Source: Methanothermococcus sp. SCGC AD-155-E23
GTDB taxonomy: Archaea; AGJL01; Methanococci; Methanococcales; Methanococcaceae
Direction: 5' to 3'
DNA: 12,240 nucleotides
NCBI GenBank assembly: GCA_019561615.1
Contig: JAHEQA010000028.1
Location: 1-12,240, forward strand
Shown here piece after piece: positions 8,683 to 12,240 of this stretch. The translations under genes were made by a program, and so were the position numbers. Within the stretch, counting starts at the first letter, position 1. Every line of letters starts with the position of its first letter. Below the pieces are notes generated by a model, which was given only the letters and a program-made list of their open reading frames with translations, was not told the DNA's origin and did not search any database.

Positions 8683-9696
8683 TCACATTATTATGTCAAT
8701 CACCTCTCCACAGTTGGGACATCTGGGAACTCCAGAACTTGTATCTATATTGGTAATTACCATGGTAAACTTGGACCTGTCTATAAGTAAAGTTCCACAT
8801 CTGGGACAGTAGGTGTTCTCCCCCTCATGCCCTGGGACATTACCTATATAGACATACTTTAGACCCTCCTCTAGGGCAAGGTTTCTAGCCCTTTCTAAAA
8901 CCTCTATAGGTGTTGGAGGGATATCTAGTAACTTATACCTTGGAAAGAACCTTGTAAAGTGAAGAGGTGTATCCCTACCTAGGTAATCCCTTACAAAGTG
9001 TATAAGGTTTAGGATGTCCTCCATGTTGTCGTTGTAGGTTGGTATTATAAGGTTTGTTACCTCCACATGGATACCTATCTTTTTAGAGAGTATGGCAGTT
9101 CTCAGGACAGGCTCCAGGGATGCACCACATATCTCCCTGTAGAACCTCTCGTTACCCTTTATATCTATATTCATCCCGTCTATCTTCAGGTTTTTCAGAG
9201 GTTCCTCGTTTATATAACCATTTGTAACCATGACGTTGTAGAGGCCCTTCCTCCTGGCGATATTTGCAGTGTCGTACATGAGTTCGTAGAATACTGTAGG
9301 TTCAGTGTAGGTGTAGGATATACCCTCACATCTGTACTCCAGTGTCATCCTCACTATATCCTCGGGGTAGAGGGTGTTGTAGAGGACCTCGTCAGGAGCA
9401 GCCTGGCTAACCTCCCAGTTTTGACAGTGCTTACACCTAAAGTTACACCCTGCAGTGGCTATGGAAAATGCAAGGGAACCTGGGTAGAAGTGATAAAGGG
9501 GCTTTTTTTCAATGGGGTCTACAGCTGCAGAGCATACCTTACCGTAGTTTATGGCGTAGAGTTTTCCATCGATATTCTCCCTACATCTGCAGAAACCCCT
9601 TTTACCAGGGGGAATTACACAGTACCTGGGACATAGGGTACATCTAACTAACTTGTTATCCAAAGGTTCGTAGTACATTGCCTCCTTAACATCCAT
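8683..9696 (-). CDS. amrS: AmmeMemoRadiSam-system radical SAM enzyme (PFL-activase-like, function unknown)
   Basis: N-terminal CTLCPRYC...GFC, DPIEKKPLYHFYPG, radical SAM motif GCNFRCKHCQNWEVSQ, YTYTEP, LHFTRFFP, YVYIGNV, and C-terminal Zn-ribbon CPRCG...CPNCG. Confidence 0.88.
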   Translation of the reverse strand: MDVKEAMYYEPLDNKLVRCTLCPRYCVIPPGKRGFCRCRENIDGKLYAINYGKVCSAAVDPIEKKPLYHFYPGSLAFSIATAGCNFRCKHCQNWEVSQAAPDEVLYNTLYPEDIVRMTLEYRCEGISYTYTEPTVFYELMYDTANIARRKGLYNVMVTNGYINEEPLKNLKIDGMNIDIKGNERFYREICGASLEPVLRTAILSKKIGIHVEVTNLIIPTYNDNMEDILNLIHFVRDYLGRDTPLHFTRFFPRYKLLDIPPTPIEVLERARNLALEEGLKYVYIGNVPGHEGENTYCPRCGTLLIDRSKFTMVITNIDTSSGVPRCPNCGEVIDIIM

Positions 9697-9705
9697 ATTA
9701 TCCCG

Positions 9706-10212
9706 TTAAAGATGCTCTCCAACGTTAAATATCTCGGTGATCTCCATAAGTACTTTACCTCTATATATAATGTTGTAGGTCCTCTGGGGAAGGACCCTCC
9801 TCTCTGTATTGAGATACCTCCTAACAGATTCCTCTACCTCTCTACAGGATATGTCCACTATCTCCCGTCTAGTTTCCAGGTTGTGCATCTTCAAGATCTT
9901 GCCTATAGGTATATCTGCAGAGAGTAGGTCCCTCTTAATGTTGTCCCTCAAGGTTTTATCCTCTATGTTCCTTAAGGGGATCTTTGAGGTGGCGTATATC
10001 AAGGGGGTGTCTTCGATCTTCAGTATTACACTCCTGTAATTTACACAGTCTACTATCCTCTGGGTGATGGTCTCCACAGTGACCTCCCTGTTGAAGAGTA
10101 TCTCCAGTAAGTTGGTAACACTTCCATCTGTGCCTAGGAGCATCTTCTCCTCGTTTCTAAGGGGGTACCTCCTGGCCAATTCATTTATTATTCTATAGGG
10201 TTTTAGTACCAT
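9706..10212 (-). CDS. Chorismate pyruvate-lyase-like protein (UbiC/DUF98 family; probable 4-hydroxybenzoate synthase)
   Basis: LLGTDGSVTNLLE, RSVIL...PLIYATS, DIPIGKIL...LETRREI and RTYNII...LMEITEIF. ATG at 10212 follows RBS GGTGAGG and lies inside the cobY 3' end. Confidence 0.82.
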   Translation of the reverse strand: MVLKPYRIINELARRYPLRNEEKMLLGTDGSVTNLLEILFNREVTVETITQRIVDCVNYRSVILKIEDTPLIYATSKIPLRNIEDKTLRDNIKRDLLSADIPIGKILKMHNLETRREIVDISCREVEESVRRYLNTERRVLPQRTYNIIYRGKVLMEITEIFNVGEHL

Positions 10213-10810
10213 TAGATGCCTCACCTGTCTCTCTGATAATCCTCTCCGCTATCTCCCTCTCCTCCAAGGTATTCACATTTAACATAGGTCTCCTCAGGAT
10301 GTAGAGCCTCTCCACCTGCTCCCTCTCCACAGGAGAGAGTATATTTATACCTATTGGGACGTATCTGCCCATAACTACTGTGGGGTTGCCTAGGTATCTC
10401 TCCCTCTCCACCACCACACATAGTGCCTCTAAATCCCTACACTGGGATTTCAAGGTGTAGTATCCCTCTAGGATCTCATCTACAACTTCAGGGGTTAAAG
10501 TAGGTATATCACAGGATACCACCATAAAGGGCTCTGAGAAGTACCTCATGGAGTAGTTTATATCCCTGATATAACCTTCCCCCGGGGTATCTATTACTCT
10601 CACCCTTTCATCCTGGTACTTCCTGGAGATGTACTCCCTGGTTTTCCCTGTGTTTTTAGATACTGCAACATAGATCCTCTCTATCCTGGAGTCTAGAAGG
10701 GCCTGGATTACATAGTCTATCATAGGTTTTTCTAATATAGGTAGTAGGGGTTTCTCCACCTTAGCCTTTAGCCTACTACCTCTTCCACCTGCCATAAGTA
10801 GGGCATCCAT
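10193..10810 (-). CDS. cobY: GTP:adenosylcobinamide-phosphate guanylyltransferase (NTP transferase family)
   Basis: MDALLMAGGRGSRL...EKPL, TPGEGYIRD, PFMVVSCDIP, PIGINI and NVNT. True start is probably ATG 10810; the track's upstream extension overlaps bioA. Confidence 0.85.
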   Translation of the reverse strand: MDALLMAGGRGSRLKAKVEKPLLPILEKPMIDYVIQALLDSRIERIYVAVSKNTGKTREYISRKYQDERVRVIDTPGEGYIRDINYSMRYFSEPFMVVSCDIPTLTPEVVDEILEGYYTLKSQCRDLEALCVVVERERYLGNPTVVMGRYVPIGINILSPVEREQVERLYILRRPMLNVNTLEEREIAERIIRETGEASNGTKTL

Positions 10811-10823
10811 AATTTTACCTAGA

Positions 10824-12170
10824 TTATCCCAGGGTCTCCTTGATAGCCTCGTAGAGATTTCTACAGAGGAATTCAATCTCCTCCTCTGTAATAGTTAGGG
10901 GAGGGACCACTATCAAGGTGTTGAGAATGGGCCTCATATATATACCCCTTTTAAGTAGGTTCTCTGCAACCCTATAGGCCACCTTCTCCCTGTATGGGTA
11001 GGGTTCCTTAGTCCTCTTATCCTTCACCAACTCTATACCTATCATGAATCCCCTCTTTCTCACATCTCCAACATGTTTCAACTCCTTCAACTTATCCAAC
11101 TCCCTGTGAAGTATCTCAATCTTCTTTCTTACCTTACTGAAGAAGTCCTCCTCCTCTAGTATCTCCAAGGTGGCAAGTGCAGAGGTACATAGTAACTGGT
11201 TACCTGTATAGGTATGTCCATGGAAGAATTGCCTGAAGTCCTCAAAGTCCCCTAGGAATTGGTTGTATATCTCCTCAGTTGTCATGGTAACTGCCAGGGG
11301 TAGATAACCTCCAGTTATACCCTTCCCTATGGCTATTATATCAGGCTTAGAGATACTTTTCAACTCCTCCCTCTCTGAGTATAGGTATCTACCTAGTCTT
11401 GCGAAGGTTGCCACCTCATCTAGTATAAGTAGTACACCTTCCTCCCTGGATCTCCTTGCCAGCTCCTCTATAAATCCATCTGGAAATGGTATCATCCCGG
11501 CAGAACCCATTACCCCTCCCTCAAGTATTACACAGAACAACTCATCCTTCTTCTCCTCCAGTATCTTCAACATATCTTCGAGACACTCCATACTACAGCC
11601 CTTCTCCATCCTCTCATCTGTATCCCTGAAGTTGTGGCCGTATCTACACCTGTAGCAGTAGGGAGGATTTCCATGGTATCCCTTAAAGAGGAGGGGTTTG
11701 AATATACCGTGGAAGAGCTCACTACCTCCTACACTCATGGCTCCAAAGGTATCCCCGTGGTAACCCTCCTTTACAGAGAGGAACTTGGTTCTCTTTTTAT
11801 TCTCCTCTGGATCCTTTAACTGGTAGTACTGGTAGGCCATCTTGACGGCAATCTCCACAGCCTCTGAACCATCCTCCGAGTAGAACACCCTGCTTAGATG
11901 GGGTGGGGTGATCTCCACAAGTTTCTTTGCCAGGAGGATGGAGGGGACGTTACCACATCCCAGAAGTGTAGAGTGACATATCCTATCTGCCTGTTCCTTT
12001 ATCCTTTCAATTATTCTCTTCTCACTGTGGCCAAAGAGGTTGCACCATATAGAGGATACGGCATCTAGGTATCTCTTACCTAGGATGTCTATAAGGTAGT
12101 TGCCCTCACCCCTCTCTATTATAAGGTTTTTAAAGGGAGGGTCGTACTCCTTCATCTGGGTGTAGGGATG
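10824..12170 (-). CDS. bioA: Adenosylmethionine-8-amino-7-oxononanoate aminotransferase (class III PLP enzyme), 5'-truncated as assembled
   Basis: [61 protein letters not shown] (PLP Lys) and [10 protein letters not shown]. The frame extends past the track's start (12155) to a His codon at 12168-12170, and is then preceded by an in-frame TAA instead of the expected Trp. Confidence 0.92.
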   Translation of the reverse strand, partial: HPYTQMKEYDPPFKNLIIERGEGNYLIDILGKRYLDAVSSIWCNLFGHSEKRIIERIKEQADRICHSTLLGCGNVPSILLAKKLVEITPPHLSRVFYSEDGSEAVEIAVKMAYQYYQLKDPEENKKRTKFLSVKEGYHGDTFGAMSVGGSELFHGIFKPLLFKGYHGNPPYCYRCRYGHNFRDTDERMEKGCSMECLEDMLKILEEKKDELFCVILEGGVMGSAGMIPFPDGFIEELARRSREEGVLLILDEVATFARLGRYLYSEREELKSISKPDIIAIGKGITGGYLPLAVTMTTEEIYNQFLGDFEDFRQFFHGHTYTGNQLLCTSALATLEILEEEDFFSKVRKKIEILHRELDKLKELKHVGDVRKRGFMIGIELVKDKRTKEPYPYREKVAYRVAENLLKRGIYMRPILNTLIVVPPLTITEEEIEFLCRNLYEAIKETLG

Positions 12171-12240
12171 TTAATTAGGGTGTATCCACATCAGATACTT
12201 AGGGAGAACAAGATGGCCTCTGGTGCTGGGGCAGATAGAA
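12171..12240 (+). CDS. rpl10e: Internal fragment of 50S ribosomal protein L10e (uL16); lacks its N-terminal half and runs off the right edge
   Basis: Plus strand from 12171 translates as [23 protein letters not shown], matching the conserved central L10e motif IRVYPH..LRENKM..GAGADR. Not in the ORF track. Confidence 0.88.

Noticed and set aside
5359-9927. Longer plus-strand ORFs such as 5359-5871, 7344-7862 and 9067-9636
   Set aside because: Lie antisense to the polyferredoxin, cdhA and amrS genes; no motifs or RBS, and explained by the codon bias of the real genes.
10221-10421. 66 aa alternative-frame minus-strand ORF inside cobY
   Set aside because: Out-of-frame overlap with an intact cobY reading frame; no sign of a frameshift or independent RBS.
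12171-12240. Minus-strand frame ...KYLMWIHPN* upstream of bioA as an intein, readthrough or duplicated bioA N-terminus
   Set aside because: It ends in a stop rather than an Asn followed by Cys/Ser/Thr splice junction, and the opposite strand matches L10e much better, so the resemblance to KYxWHP is treated as coincidence.
1-12240. CRISPR arrays, tRNA/rRNA genes, IS elements and long repeats
   Set aside because: None recognised; the window is almost fully coding and the largest intergenic gaps are about 70 bp.

Overview
Gene-dense archaeal housekeeping region, most likely from a thermophilic Methanococcales methanogen (inferred from cofG, cdhA/cdhB, split guaAA, Pop5, cobY, GGTGA ribosome-binding sites and AGG/ATA-rich codon use). 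Almost all genes are on the minus strand, in three blocks listed in transcription order: bioA-cobY-chorismate lyase-like-amrS; cdhA-cdhB-polyferredoxin-isf; and guaAA-rnp2-pyrD-cofG-pgi-DUF1156. One PRC-barrel gene is on the plus strand. Two features missing from the ORF track sit at the edges. At the left edge (1-159, minus) is the 5' end of a DUF1156 DNA-methylase gene, a family linked to restriction-like anti-phage systems. At the right edge (about 12170/12171) a 5'-truncated bioA abuts, back to back, an internal fragment of the ribosomal protein L10e gene; this is most likely an assembly chimera or contig junction, or else a rearrangement breakpoint. No RNA genes, CRISPR arrays or IS elements were recognised. 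All product calls come from motif recognition by eye, not from database searches.
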